Source of the DNA: Amphiscolops sp. MND2022
Lineage: Eukaryota
Direction: 5' to 3'
NCBI GenBank assembly: GCA_964187785.1
Contig: OZ076409.1
Span: 51,090,001 to 51,154,000, forward strand
DNA: 64,000 nucleotides
Shown here piece by piece: positions 37,548 through 51,700 of this stretch; position 1 is the stretch's first letter, and the number at the start of each line of letters is the position of its first letter. A program made the translations under genes and the position numbers. The notes beneath the pieces were generated by a model. The model saw only the letters and a list, made by a program, of their open reading frames with translations, did no database searches and was not told the origin of the DNA.

Positions 37548-40188
37548 TCTTCGGATATATTGTTGAATAAAAAACAACTCTAAAAATTGAGAATTGTAGT
37601 GGGCGCCTACTTATGTAACTTTAAAAGTAGACCGATTTTTCAAATGAATACGGTTGTTACATCCGCCTAATTCGTATCGCTATGAACCAAATAAAAGTAC
37701 AAATATTGAGAAATACGAATTAACGGGAAGATTTTACATTGGTCGTCGCAAAATGGGGCTTTCAAATACATACGAATAAACTAAAATCCAAATGCGATTT
37801 AACCGGAGTTGACAGTAGTGACCCTTAGCAAGAAATTGGCGAATTTAGCATTGAAAAATACCAAAACCAGAGCCGCATTAGGCCGGTAAAGGTAGTCCAT
37901 TAGGTAAAGGAGTCGGATTAGGCCATCTTCCTTCTGATTTGCAGAGAATCCCAGTCATACGAGTTTGATGAAATTGTACATATTAGGCACTTATATGTTG
38001 TAGAAAGACTCCATAAAAGTTCTTTCAAACCGCAAAGAGTATGAGAAAATGGAACAAATCCATCACTGGCTATATTTAGGCTGTTTCTCGGATCCCAGTT
38101 ATACGATTTTGATGTCATTGCGCACGCAGGAGCATCTTTGGGTGTAGAATGACTGCAAAATTTTGAAAATTTATGAAAATCGTAAGGACACGTTTTCAGA
38201 AATTTTAAATTTTCATTGAAAGGTCGGGAGATTGAAATTTCTTCCGACTCCTAAAAATTATCCCAAAATGGCATCGCAGACATATATCTATCATTCCGTG
38301 TTTTAGCTCCAGGGTACGTATATATAGCTTCCAATCTACCAGTCCAACTGAGTTAGAATAGAAGATCATAAGAGAGCTTATAACTTTGGAGCAGCAGATA
38401 GCCGACCTCGTCAACTCATACCAGGAGGAGTGTAAGAAGAACACAAAATACGAGCGCTACTTCTTGTACGAAATTTCAGATTCGGGGGAAGACGGCAGTA
38501 CTTCCACTGAAAGTTCGTCTGTGGGCATGGGAGAAGAAGAAACTCGGAAAATTCTCAAAAACCATGTTAGAGATAATGAAGAATTCAGCGACTTGGACGA
38601 AAAGCTGCGTTTGACGCAAAATTCAATAGCAGAAAAAAGTAAGGAGATTGAAGCTATTAGATCTCATTTTGAGAATAAAGACAGCGATGATGCCACGAAT
38701 CAAAAAGAATTTCCTCTGGAAAAGTATATGGATGCCAAAGATTTGAAAGCACGCTTGTTTAAGCAAAGAGACCGCTTAGAAGGTACAAGTCGCGAAATAC
38801 CCCCTCACAGAAATGTTACAACAGTGCAAAGCTTGAACGTAGTGACCGTAACGGAGGAACACTACTCACCAAATAGCTCAGAAGGGACAACAATGTATTT
38901 AACGACAAGTCCGAGCAGCAAAGGCAGTCGAAGTAGCTGGAGGATGGACCTTATAAACGGACGAAATTGAAACGAAGAAAAAATCATGAAATAATGTGTA
39001 TTGAAATTCAATGTATAAACAAATTGTAATATGTTGTGCATAATAAATTCTGATCTTTAAAAATCATGATAACTTCCTATTCGATAACCAATTTGATAAT
39101 CAAGTATTCCTTCTCAATCATCAAAATGTATTGCATTTCTTTTCAGACAGTTGTTAAAATTGCCATTAGTTTTTTCTTTCAGGGGAGGCCCAAGAGAGGT
39201 TTGAAAAAAATTCATCAAAAAGACACTGTGGTATAATGATTTGACATAACATCTTTTGGGTGAGTGTTTCAACTTAGCTGTTGTATGCACACTCGCCCTC
39301 GCCGTTAAAAGTCCAACTCACACTCGATCGTCCCTCCCGGTAATAGTTTTCTTCTGTTCGAACACGCTTGAATATATGGCAGTTTTACAAGACCAGAATT
39401 TTTATTTGTGTATTACAAATCGTTGGATCTTAGCCGTTATATAATGCGCATTACTACTAAAAGACTGAATTAATTGTAGTCAACACAAAAATACTAAAAG
39501 ACTGAATTAATTGTAGTCAACACAAAATTACTTGAGGATACTTCGCTCGGTACTATGCCTGAGAGGATGTTGCGCCCTTAAGCGTCAAATAGACCATGTT
39601 GAGTCTTCCATTGCGGCAACAGTGCACGAGGGAAGGCTGTCGTGAATTATGACAATCCCAAATGGGTGCATATCTTGAACGTCAGTTTTTTGACCTTACC
39701 AATGAATTTTGGCGTAAATCGGTCCTTCACTTGATGAGGTTTTCACTATTTATGTATACGGGGACCGCTACTGACACTGCAAGGAGGCTCTGCAGCATGC
39801 AGCGATCCGGCACTATCTCATCTTTCAGTTATAAAATTGCCCCTCTGAACTTTGGGCCATCATTACCGTTACAGACCAACATAGTTTTGCCTCGCACGGT
39901 CCCCATGAAAAAAGAGAAAAAGCGGAATAAAATCCATCAAAGGACAATCTTAAGACCTCTTTCTTTCTTAGTCTCTGGTATTATCTTCTGCCCATATTTC
40001 CATAGGTAGTTGGAGACTCAATTCCCATTAAAACAAGAAAAGCCGGGAACGGCCCAAGTCGGCGCCATAGCTAAGGCTCGAAAATAGCAAAAGGACTTCA
40101 AAGTGTCAAGTATTCTCTTCTACAGTACCCGCATTAGGAAAAAATTCAAAAAGTTTCCGAAATGTCTTTCGAAATGCTTTTTGGTCTC
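37548..40188. repeat. Inverted segmental duplication, left copy (continues at 55477-55608 after the LTR insertion)
   Basis: Reverse complement of 57131-59869. Confidence 0.92.
38386..38970 (+). CDS. Hypothetical acidic/coiled-coil protein (start uncertain, may be spliced)
   Basis: 194-codon open frame in AT-rich DNA, also open in the inverted copy with mainly synonymous differences. Confidence 0.5.
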   Translation: MEQQIADLVNSYQEECKKNTKYERYFLYEISDSGEDGSTSTESSSVGMGEEETRKILKNHVRDNEEFSDLDEKLRLTQNSIAEKSKEIEAIRSHFENKDSDDATNQKEFPLEKYMDAKDLKARLFKQRDRLEGTSREIPPHRNVTTVQSLNVVTVTEEHYSPNSSEGTTMYLTTSPSSKGSRSSWRMDLINGRN

Positions 40189-42371
40189 TGTCACAGTCCG
40201 CTCCCTGCTGGTGTACGTACTGCTAGCATGGCATTCGTAAACAGTCAAAAGGAATGGGACATGGCTACTCCCAGGCGCAGTAATTTGTTAGTAAAATCTT
40301 ACTTACGGTGCAGTCTAACAGCTAAGTGGTAAAATTAAGTAAGAAGGTCGACGTACGCGCAACGTAAACTAGCAAAAATGATTCTTAGATAAAATGAAAC
40401 TTCCGGTTTAGAGTTTTCATACACAACGAGTTCATCATTGATTTCCAGTTTCTTCTGTTAAAGATTTCATACCGATCTAAATATCAAAGTGAAAACATTC
40501 CTCATTCTGGGATCATTTTCTTTCCTCTCCACACTGAAATGAAAACACCAAGAACATTATTTAATTCCGCAACCCCAACGAAATACATACGATCTAAAAT
40601 GAAAAGGACATAAAATTATTACAAAGGATTCGTTTTCAGTATTTGAAATAGCTACAAAAGCCCACTCAATTTACTGTGAAGTAACTTGAGTGAGCTCTTT
40701 TAGCGCTATGGCAACGTCACTCAAGCCAACAAAATACTGGTGATTCTAATTTATGGACCAATAGGATCACAGTAATAACCAGCTTATTTGCGCTCAAGCT
40801 AGTGAGAATCGTTTTAGTGACGTCATTAAGAATGAATGTAAGAATGGTGGTTGCTCCGCTCTAACTCTACCAAACAGCTAGCTTGCTATAGCTAATCTTA
40901 ATACGTACGTCAACACTACGTCACACTTTAAGGTTTAAGGAATCAAAGAGATGATTTCTAATGATACGCTTCGTAATTTTTATTTAAGAATAGATATCCA
41001 ATACGTTGATTTTTAACTTTCAACAATAAAAAAACGAGACTGTGCCGTAAGCGAAAGATTTTAAAAGTCAAAACTCCAATTGGATTTACATTGTGTTTGG
41101 CCAAAGCCTATTTTCGTTGTAATCTTGAAATAGCGTAGACAGAACGTCAAGTGTAACTTACATTTCACATAGATCAATCACAGTACAGTTTCTTTTACAC
41201 TCACATAATAATGACGTTAGGTCAACGCTATTCTAGATAACCCCATGTATTGTTTTAGCTACTATAATTGTATGATATGCTTAAATCTGGAGTACCAGAG
41301 AAGAATTTATGTTTTGATTTTTGGTTTTGTTGAATTATAGAATTGCCGAGTTTGATGTATTGAGTGATGTTAATTCTACATTTGTTATTTGTCGAAATAT
41401 GTACGATTTTGGATGCTTGTTAAAGTTGTAGATTGGAAACCGATCAATCGGAAGTCTTAGCATCATTTCGTTCCTCCATAATAGCCAAAATCAGTATAGT
41501 TGACAGCGTCTCAGTTGCGTCGTCATATTCGTTAGTCATTTATTTCACCGCGTTTTCCAGTAGGTTTTCGCCTAGGTTCTGACTAATTGTTCATGCCGGC
41601 GTACCTTTGTCGATAGAATATTCAAGCAGACTTTTATTTTGCCGCCTTTTGAAAGCAAAACAGGAAGTAGTTGTGAATGAACAAAAATGTTTTCAACAAT
41701 TGTGACGATCATGTGACGCTGTTAGGAATTTCAAATCCTGATTTATTGACATTGGGCTGAAACAATTTGAATCATATAGGATTTCTTATGAACAAACCCG
41801 ATTTTTGCGATTCCTAGGAATTTTTAGGTGAGGAACAAATGATGCTAGGAAGGTATATATAGTTGATGCAATTCTAAATATTCAGTTTGATAACTTGTAT
41901 TGTTTTGAAATTGATAACGACAAAGTTCCGTGAATCTTTCTTTACTAAATTCACTGTTCTTCAAAAATCCAATATTTTCCTTCTTCCCGAAAATGATAAC
42001 GAGAAGCCAGAAAAGAAAGGCCGTAAATGAGTTGGTGTCAGGAGAGTTTGAGACTTCTTTAACTGAGGATAACCTAGCTGAAAACTTAGTTCCCAGCTGT
42101 AGCAAAACCACTAGAACTGAGCCTGAAGATCTGAACGAGCTAAAAGCGTCCTAGAGAAAGGAGATTTTGTCTGATCTATCAAAAATACTAGCTGAAAACC
42201 AGAAGGAAATGTTCAAGTTAATAGCACCACTGAGTAAGAAACGAGCAGTTTCGTTGGAAAACCAGGATTCTGACTCCGAAGTTGAAAATACCCCCGTTGC
42301 TCGAACGTCAACTCCTGTTGAAACAGTAACTGCGACTAATACCAAAACAACTCCGGTCAATAGTCGTAACA
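40189..42371 (+). repeat. 5' LTR (2183 bp)
   Basis: TGTCACAG...CGTAACA; direct repeat of 53607-55476. Confidence 0.93.
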
Positions 42372-43406
42372 TGGTGACAGGAGTCCTCCATGACTCCACC
42401 AATCAACCCACTGAAAGACCGAAACGCATGCAAAGCGAACACTCAAAGGACCGTCCCTCCACATCGAAAATCCTGTTCGCACCACAACCGCAATTATTCT
42501 CACTTACAAATCCAAAATTCATTTCCGATGCCAAAAGCACTCACCGCTTCGCTTCCAGTCTTCGACGGTAAGTCCGAAAAGTTTGAACTTTTTGAGGACC
42601 TATTCCGAAACAATATTAAAATGTATCCCCACCTAACTGAGATACAAAAAACCAATTATTTCCACTCATTACTCCGAGGAAACGCGCTACAAGCGTACTC
42701 TGCAACCTAGACGACACTAAAAAAGATAACCTGGAAGAAGTTATAACGGCCTTCAAACGTCGTTTTGGCGACTTCCAATCAGCAGCCAAAGTCAGATGTT
42801 AGTGGGACGCGTTGCATTTTGACCCCACCAAACAGAAAGTTCATGAATTTCTCGACATGTTGCAAAAAACTGCAAAAGAGGCGTTTGGACTAGAAGCGCA
42901 AAAATTCATCGACAAAGCCATATACGCTAAAATGCCGGATCACGTCAAAAAGATCCTCAATAGCGTCTACTTAGAAGATAAACCCTATAATGACATAGTT
43001 CTGCATCTTGAATGAGAGATGCGATTAAATGGACTAGGAGCGCCCGATGAAACAACCCTAGTCCCCCTCAACACAGTAGACGCAGTCGTGACGGACGATA
43101 AAAAAAGAACAACAACCAAGAGGTTTTTGTTTCCACTGCGGCAAATACGGCCACTACAAAGCACAATGCAGGAAATTTCGAAGAGAGATATACTACGCAA
43201 CCAGATCGGGCAACTCAGACACGAATCAAGGAGAGGTGTCGAAACCCAAATGCGACACCTGCGGGAAAACACATAAAACTGAAAACTGCTCGGATGGGGC
43301 CAATGCCGCCAACGACCCACGGAAGAAAAGACGCGAATTCACCAACCCAACCAACAAAATCAACGAACAACCAGTACCTACCCCAGCACCTCAGTCAAAA
43401 AACTAA
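41993..43406 (+). pseudogene. gag: gag (stops and frameshifts), starting inside the 5' LTR
   Basis: MITRSQKRK start; capsid-like LPVFDGKSEKFELFEDLF; zinc knuckles CFHCGKYGHYKAQC (~43128) and CDTCGKTHKTENC (~43251). Confidence 0.85.
42372..42384 (+). other. Primer binding site (tRNA-Leu-like)
   Basis: TGGTGACAGGAGT immediately after the LTR CA; resembles the complement of tRNA-Leu 3' ends. Confidence 0.7.
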
Positions 43407-43445
43407 GATCGCCGCGCCTACGCTTTGGGGAAACGGTAGACGCGA
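43397..43445 (+). other. -1 programmed ribosomal frameshift signal (gag-pol)
   Basis: In-frame A AAA AAC immediately before the gag TAA, followed by stem CGCGCCTAC...GTAGACGCG; the -1 frame is open downstream. Confidence 0.7.
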
Positions 43446-46400
43446 GGGCATACACATTCGAAGACCCTCCAAACAGATACGAAGAAGATTTCACGACTGA
43501 GTGCAACGAAGAGCCCACACAAGACTGGCAACGACGATGGAACGTCGGAATGATCCTCACACATAATGCTCGACACCCAGAAAATCCAACACCACTACCC
43601 CAATGGATAACAGAGTCGCCCGACAACTATGCGACACTCAAGAGACCACTGCCAGAATCAAAAACGTAACGAATTTACATAGATGACAGAGACTACAGAT
43701 GTGACCCTTGGGATGAATCAACCATCTACGACACAAGTAAACTCTCTTTCAAAATACAGGTTCCAAACCCCCAAGCCCAATCCACAGAGATCACAAATTT
43801 ACCATCACCACCGTCTCCAATCCTAACAAGGACAACGCCGTCCCCGACAGTACCCGTCACTATCACGTCCACGCCAATAGACGCCGAAAACATCATTTGC
43901 ATCGAAGATAAAACCATATGGTCACGACAAACGAGACAACAACAAGAAAACACCACCTCGCCCTCACCACCAACACAAACTCCACCAGCCACAGCAATGA
44001 CCGTTGAGGACGAAGGAACAACGGAATGCCCCCTAACATTACCTGAAGACTTAGACGTCATCAAAGAATTCATCCAGCACGACGAGGAACATGACTACAT
44101 CCCATTAATGTCTGCAGTCGCACTCGAAAAGAAAAAGAGAATGCTTTTCCTACCAGTTGACTTCAACTCTGTCAAAATCGATGCGTTAGTTGACTCCGAC
44201 GCATATATCAACGCTATCAGCGAAAGAGACGCTGAACGTCTCCAACAAAATGCTAACCAATGCATAATCAACAAAGCACCCTCGCCACCCTTCAAAGTAC
44301 AATTTGCTAATGCTGACCTAGAACAACCACGTGCGACGTACACACTACGCTTCAAAATCGGAGACTACGCTTTCGAAGAAACGTTCATAGTCATGAACCA
44401 AACGTCATTCCCTTTCATCGGACTAGCTTTCGTACGCAAACATGCCGCAATAATCGACACTGCTCAAGGAACAAAAGACTTCCCAAAAATCCAAATCACA
44501 ATGGCCCTCACCGATGAAAAACAAAAATGCAATCCCAAACCAATCACAGCCAAAACGGAAGCCAAACACACGATCCCAGCACAATCCACCCGTTTCATTT
44601 ACGCATCCATACCGGTGAGCAACGAAAACCCAATAACCGAAACCATTCAACCTCTGCGTCAATTTGATGAATCTTCAAAACTAATGGTAGCCCCGGCGAT
44701 AACTACGGCCAGAGGAAAGAAAGTAGCAATAAAAGTTGCCAACACAACAGATTTCCCATACACAATAGCTACCGACACTAAAATAGCCGAACTACAAATA
44801 CTTAAACCAGAAGAAACAAAAACGATACGTCCTGTCGACATAGCCGCACTCAACCTCCTAACAGAACATGACGATGTCGTGACTTACATCAATGCACTTA
44901 TGCAAGTAGAGCGCCCTGACGACAATGAAGAAAAATTCTGGTTCCCCACGCCCGAGAACCCAGGAAATGAATCAGAACACTCGCCAATGCAACGTAGAAT
45001 CCTCAAAGAACTCCGAGAACTAGCTGAGCTCAAAAAACTAGACCCTACTGAAAACGAACAATCTCGAACCAAATTCCTGTCAATGTTCAAATGGACGGAT
45101 TCACTAATTACAGGAAAAGACCGTGAAAACCTCGAGGCCACAATTGTCGAGTTCCACGACATATTTGTACGCCACAGACTTGACATCGGAATGAACACGC
45201 AATTCAAAGTTAGCCTCACCCCGAAAGATGACAAACCAGTGTACACTCAGAGCCTACCTGTCCCCATCAACCTTAAAGAAAATCTCACAGTGGAATTGGC
45301 CCTCATGCACAAATACGGCATAATAACAACGCTCCCGTTCTCCAAATATGCCAGCCCAATATTTGCGCAACGAAAACCCAACGGCAAACTAAGACTCCTA
45401 GTGGACCTACGGAAGATCAACGCCCTCATTGCTGACGACTACATCAACAACAACCACCCAGTCAGCACCCTCTCCGATGCAGCACAACACCTAGCAGGGA
45501 AGAAACTTTTCTGCAAACTTGACTGCTCCCAGGCGTACCACTGCCTCCAGATGGCAGATCAAAAGTCAGTAGAATTACTTGCTTTTAACTTTGCTAGTAG
45601 GACGTTTGCCTACCGACGCCTGGCCCACGGACTAAGCAGAGCCCTGTCCGCCTTTTCAAGTTTCATGCGGGAAAATCTCGACGCGGTCATCAAAGCAGAC
45701 CAGTGCGCACAGTACGTAGACGACATCGGAATCGCCGCGCTACAACGGAACAACTTATCAAAAATACCAGAGCAGTCTTCAAGTGCATTAGGAAGGCAGG
45801 ATTAAAACTGACCACCGAAAAATGCCACTTCGGCGTCACACAAGTTGAATTCCTCGGAAGAACCATCACTCCTGACGGAATAGCGCTGCAAGACCAAAAG
45901 ATCAAAAATTTCCTAGCAAAAGTTCGCTATCCGAAATCCAAAAAACAAGTTCAAAAATACCTGGGCTTTGTCAATTACTACCGAAACTACATACCACGAC
46001 TATCAGAAACACTCATTGGCATGTACGAACTCCTAAAAGCTGATTCCAAGATTAGGATATCAGAAGATTTTGTGGAAAATTTCAAAGACGTCAACGCTAG
46101 CCTAGCGGAGGCCTGCGGGTTTGCCCTTAGACAACCCATTGAAGGCAAACAATACGTCCTAATGACGGATGCGAGTTTCCGCGCGTCAGGTTATGCCCTC
46201 ATGATTGAAGAGAATGATGAATGCAAGCTACTATCAAAAAGGAAAACTTTTGCACCTGTAGCGTTTGGATCACGGGTCTTCTCCCCCGCTCAACTCAAGA
46301 TGTCAATCTACTGTAAAGAATTTTTGGCCATATATCATGCATTCCTTGAATACAGCCATATTTTATGGGAAACAACGACACCAACCCTCGTCCCAAATGA

Positions 46401-48597
46401 CAACAGGTCAGTGACAAGATTCTTCCAAACCAAAACCATACCACCAGCTCTTTGGGACGCCTGCGATTACGTCCTCCAATTCAAATTCCGTGTCATGCAC
46501 GTAGCAGGATCGCAAAACACAGCCGCAGACTTCCTCTCAAGACTAGAACTTACCCCTAAAGAAAAAGTCCAATTAAAACTACGCGACGACATACTAACGT
46601 CACCAGTGGAAGTCAACCTACAATCATCGGACGTTGCCGACGAAGAACAACTCTTCTTCCTACCGGACGACGAAGAAGAATCTGAACAGGAAATCTTCGC
46701 CCGAAAAGCACTCAGCAAACAACGCGCAATCAACGAAAATGAAAAAGACATCTCACCTAAAGTGTCCGAAGTCACCAAAATACCCCTCAATTCGACAGTC
46801 TACACTTTCGAGGCGATCAAAGAAAGCGCACGAATTAGAAACGAACAAGACGCAGACCCAATCCTCAAAGCGCTCAAACTACGCATACTACACAAAGGAT
46901 ATGACAAACACCTCTCAAAAACAGAACCAAGAGAAAAAAACCTACTCCGCCACGAAGAACGACTTATCATGAAAGACGGAGTACTCATGCGCAAATACTA
47001 GAGTGAAGATGGGACAATCACCCACAATCAAATCATCATTCCGAAACATCTTATCCCAGAACTCCTCTCCACTTTACATGGCAAAACAAGCAAACACCCA
47101 GGAATAACGAAAATGATCCAGGAATGCAGAGCCAAATACTATTTTTCAGGCCTTGCACGGAAAATCAGAGCATGGGTAACCAATTGTCCGGACTGCATAG
47201 CCAATAAAAGAATAGATACGAGACAAATACGACCACAAATGCTAAGCCTAGATGGCAGATTGCCTAGAAGTCGACATACTGCCAAACCTACCGTCGTCCA
47301 GTGGATACCAACACATCATCACGATGATGGACGTCTTTTCACGTTACCTTTTCGCATACCCGACACAGGATATGACAGCGAAAACAGTAACACGATGCAT
47401 CATCGACGTAATGACAATACACTGTTACCTACCATCCGTCATCCTAACAGACAAAGGATCACAGTTCAGATCAGAAGTAATCAACCAAATAGCCCAAACG
47501 TTAAACATACGGATCAGCCATGCCTCAACAAAGCATGCCCAAACAATAGGCATCTTAGAACGGACTCACGCCTCACTAAAGACAGCATTAAAGATATCAA
47601 CGGGAGAACGCCGCTCCATGTGGCACAAATATGTACAAATCGCAAACATGAATTACAACACAAGCAAACACGAAAGTTTAGGCTGTGAACCAACCACAGT
47701 ATTTCACGGTCGCATCCCGTACAATATACTGGATATCAAACTGGGACTCAAGCCAGAATGGAAAAAGGACGCCAACGAAGACCTAACGGATGAATTACAG
47801 AAACAAATAGCAGAAATACACCAAGCCGCAAAACCCAATCTCATGCAATCCTATCTTAAATACAAGAGATACTACGACAAGAAAGCGTCCGCCACACCGC
47901 TCAAAATTAACGACTACTGCTACGTTCTTAACCCGAAAGCAGACAACCAGTCTATGAAATTCGCGTTCAAGGATTGTATTTGGACTGGCCCCTATATAGT
48001 AGTTAAAGTGCTTTCCAACAACAACTACGTCGTACGCCGCACTGGAACACGATATACACAAACCCTCCATAGAATTCGCCTATGGCGATATGTGCCCAAT
48101 CAACGTGTACCTGACGTAACCGTCAGAGGGGAATATTATCTTCCAGACCCAGAGGTTAAAACAACCCATAATGATTGGTACGCGCAAGCTTGGGAACCGA
48201 ATTCGGAGAAGTTCTGTTCGGATCACCCACCGAAACTTCCGCTGAAGAAACTACAATCACAGAAATCAGGAATCTGGATGATGACGACGCAACTAACACG
48301 CAAAACGAATTGGTTAAAACAACCGCTGACACAAATATCGAAGAGGATAAAACATGCTTCGACAGTGCTACGTCATTCAATTTGGACGTCAGTGACAACC
48401 CTTACATCATAAACCCACCGCCCATAACCAGCCCCCCCCCAAAAAAAACTCCGGAATTGCCGCCTATAGTTGTTGGATATAATCCACGAAAAGTCGGACG
48501 ATACAACTTACGACCTAACCCAAAGCCTAACGTGAAACCAGACTTTCGAATGCTTGACTCAGTTACTACGGAGGACTCTCGCCAAACTCAAAACTAG
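43400..48597 (+). pseudogene. pol: pol polyprotein (protease, RT, RNase H, integrase) with stops and frameshifts
   Basis: ALVDSDA (mutated DSG), YASP..LRLLVDLRKIN, KLDCSQAY, YVDD (~45713), LMTDAS, H..H..CPDC, EVDIL / TDKGSQF / GILER; lesions at ~43667, ~45735, 47001, ~47250, ~48195. Confidence 0.95.
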
Positions 48598-48771
48598 TAC
48601 AAAAACAATCAATTGGTCAAACCGAACTGGAGTGGCAACGTAAATTTTGGTTTTTTTCACAAACTACCCTCAAGGCAGCACAATAAATCAATACAACGAA
48701 ACGCATTAGAGCAAAAATAAACTAACTACAACAAATACAACAATCAAACAGCTCAAAAGTCCATCAGTAGT

Positions 48772-51700
48772 TTAGCCTATATGGTGGTAAACTGGAGGAT
48801 CAGGGGTCTTCGACAACTTCTTCAAAATGGGATTTCCAACGGTTGGCCGACGACTGCCTCTACTAGTTGTTGTACCACTACTTGAAGCCCCCTGATTTTG
48901 AACCGGCTTCTTTTTCCCTCCAGACTTCTTACTCGTCGCACTACTTTCCGACAGAACACTTCCACCTGACGTCACAGCCTTCATACTGCGAATCGCAGAT
49001 CCCAAATTGCTCGTAGACTCTCCACGTTTCTCCTGGACACGTCGATTCGCCTTACTACACTCCGCATAAGACACCTCACTTGACTTCTGGCGATCTCCCA
49101 GATAGGAAGAATACAATTTTCTGAAGCGCGACAAAAAAACGTCATATCCTGACCCACAGAAATCATTCCATAGACTGAATCCAGGAGCCACAAATGAAAT
49201 GCCTGCGTCACTAATAGCAGCCCGCACCGCATCCAAGGTTGAATCTGTGAAGAACGACTGATGACTATACCCAGGACTCAACACATAAGATTGCACCAAC
49301 TCCATACACCTGCGAAAGTCCGTCGGACTAATTACGCTGCCACTAAGGTCAATGGTGACTGGAGGACATTTCTTCACCGGCATGCCAACAACCAAACAAC
49401 AGAGCTTGAAAACGCGATACACATGACGCCGGGCCTGGAAACTTTAGTCACGTAGCAGGAAATCAACCACATTGTTCACATCGCTGCCAGATCGCCCAGA
49501 ATGGACGTGTTGACGACGTTTCTCCACGACATAACTACTATACTCTTCCACAGCAGCCTTTGATTCGTCTTTACTCACCAGACCACATACTACGAAAAGG
49601 TGACACAACCCAGCAAACAGACTGAACGCATCATAATCGTCACCTTCCAAAAACAACTCAGGGCAGAAGCTATACAATCCCCTTGAAACATCTGAAGTGG
49701 AACTGACCTTCTCCACAATAACAACAATCAGCTCGTCCAAGAAGTCCTTGCAGCGAACACGAAACGCTTCCACATCGCTTGTCTTCCCTTCCGCCAATTC
49801 TCGTCCAAATTCGTAATTCATGAGGAAGTCACTCATTGCAATGGAAGGAAACTGCCGTACCTTCTCTACACTCATGTATTCTTCCCAAGATTCGATCACT
49901 GGAAGACTCGACAGTTCTTTCGTCTTCAATAGGAGACAGTAGATGAAATTACACAGTTCTCCATATCCATGGAATCCGTAATCGGCACGATTCTGGCGAA
50001 GCTTCGTAAAATTGATGTGGACTACAACACAACGATACCATCACGTCAACGGATGAGAACAAGCAAATTTAACCCCAAAAATTCACTACAATCTACTGCA
50101 ACATGCCAAACATATCCCATTATACTTACACGTGTCAAGAATTAGCCGGAGCAGTCCAAAGCGGAAAACCACCACAGAATCAGTCACCAGGTGCCAATCA
50201 GTCCCACGCATCTAAAACAATAGCACACAACATGACGAGTGACCAATGATGAGACCAATACAAATCTTTATGCAACACCACTAACGCTATCTGCTTTCTC
50301 CTTTGCTTCGAGGAACCCAGTGCTGCGCACGAAAGATCGTATAGTTGGCCATAAATCAATCAGGTCAGTCAGAAGCTCGCGCATGTCCGCAAATCTGACG
50401 GAGCCTTGACGAATGCATTTCCTCAGCAAGGGCTTTCCCTCAGTCCAGACTTCATAAAGAGCGCTCCTCAAGCGCTGCACCACATACTCAACGATTGTAG
50501 TCACTTCCACCATGCCGAAAATGCTCTCATGTGCTCGTCGGACACACTGTAGAAAGGTCTCTTCACCAAACTCGCAAATGACGACAAACTGACGACTATC
50601 GCTGCGATTGTCACTCACCACAAGAAGCAGAGAAGGACTACACCCACGAATACACATGGGGAGCTGAGGAACACCCATACTGCAAATAAAACGCGCTAAT
50701 GGAATAAGCTCAGCATCATGAACCGCCTGATCCAGAGATTGGCAATCGATGCAAATATTCTTCAAATGCTGCTCTTCCCAGTATACGATGTAACAACGCT
50801 CCACATCTATCTCCTTCTCGAAATGTATGCAGTATTCTTTGAAAACAGCGACACTGCCCAGCACAAGACGTAATACACGTGGTGCCATGCCACGACACAA
50901 GAGAGCCTAGAACAAACAAACTACTTCAAACTAGACCACAAGAAAACAGAACTTCAAAATCATACACATTACAGACAACTTACAACAGTCTCAGTCCGAC
51001 TCCACTTGACATTGTATATTGGGTCGCGTTCATCCAGCGTCGCACGGAAATGACCCCATAGACGTCGTAGAAGACAGAAATCGCCACCACTCCGCAACAG
51101 ATCGCCCACACACGACACAAGAGTACTAAAGGGAATGCGTGACTCCACACGAGCATGTTTAGGAGCCAAATTCTCAGGGAATGGGAAGCCCTCAGCTAAC
51201 TCCACGAACGGCCGAGAACCATATTTCACACGCTGTGCATCCGTCAAAGTCATGGGTTCAAGCAACCGATTGTAAATTGGCAAGCTCATATGGACTCGAT
51301 AGGTCACGTCTTTGAACCAGTGACCATCAGAACGGAAATGACGCCAAAATTCGCCGGAACCTCGAGTTACCATCTTCACATCGCGATGGCACACTTTGCA
51401 ATAAAAATGGGTACCAGCACCGGTTGAAGATCCTGACACAAAATCAGGAAATACAGGATTTAACGTCAGCATCTCGCGTCGTAGGGCATTTTGGCTACTG
51501 TATTTCCGAACTCGCTTCTTCGGCTGTAATTGGCTCTCCATTTTCTCGGACAGCTCATTGAAACCTACGACAACAAAGGACTGATGCAGAAACTCTCATC
51601 AACAAAAGAGTAACCCCCCCACCGAAGTCAAAATATGACGTTTACATACCGGCTTGAATTGTCTCTGTTGTCCGGCTTCCCAGTTCATTCACGAGTTGTC

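Noticed and set aside
42033..42044. TGGTGTCAGGAG, a second PBS-like motif inside the LTR
   Set aside because: Not preceded by an LTR-terminal CA; LTR identity and the TSD extend beyond it; lies in gag codons.
43378..48398. Minus-strand ORFs overlapping pol
   Set aside because: Shadow ORFs caused by A/C-rich pol codon bias.
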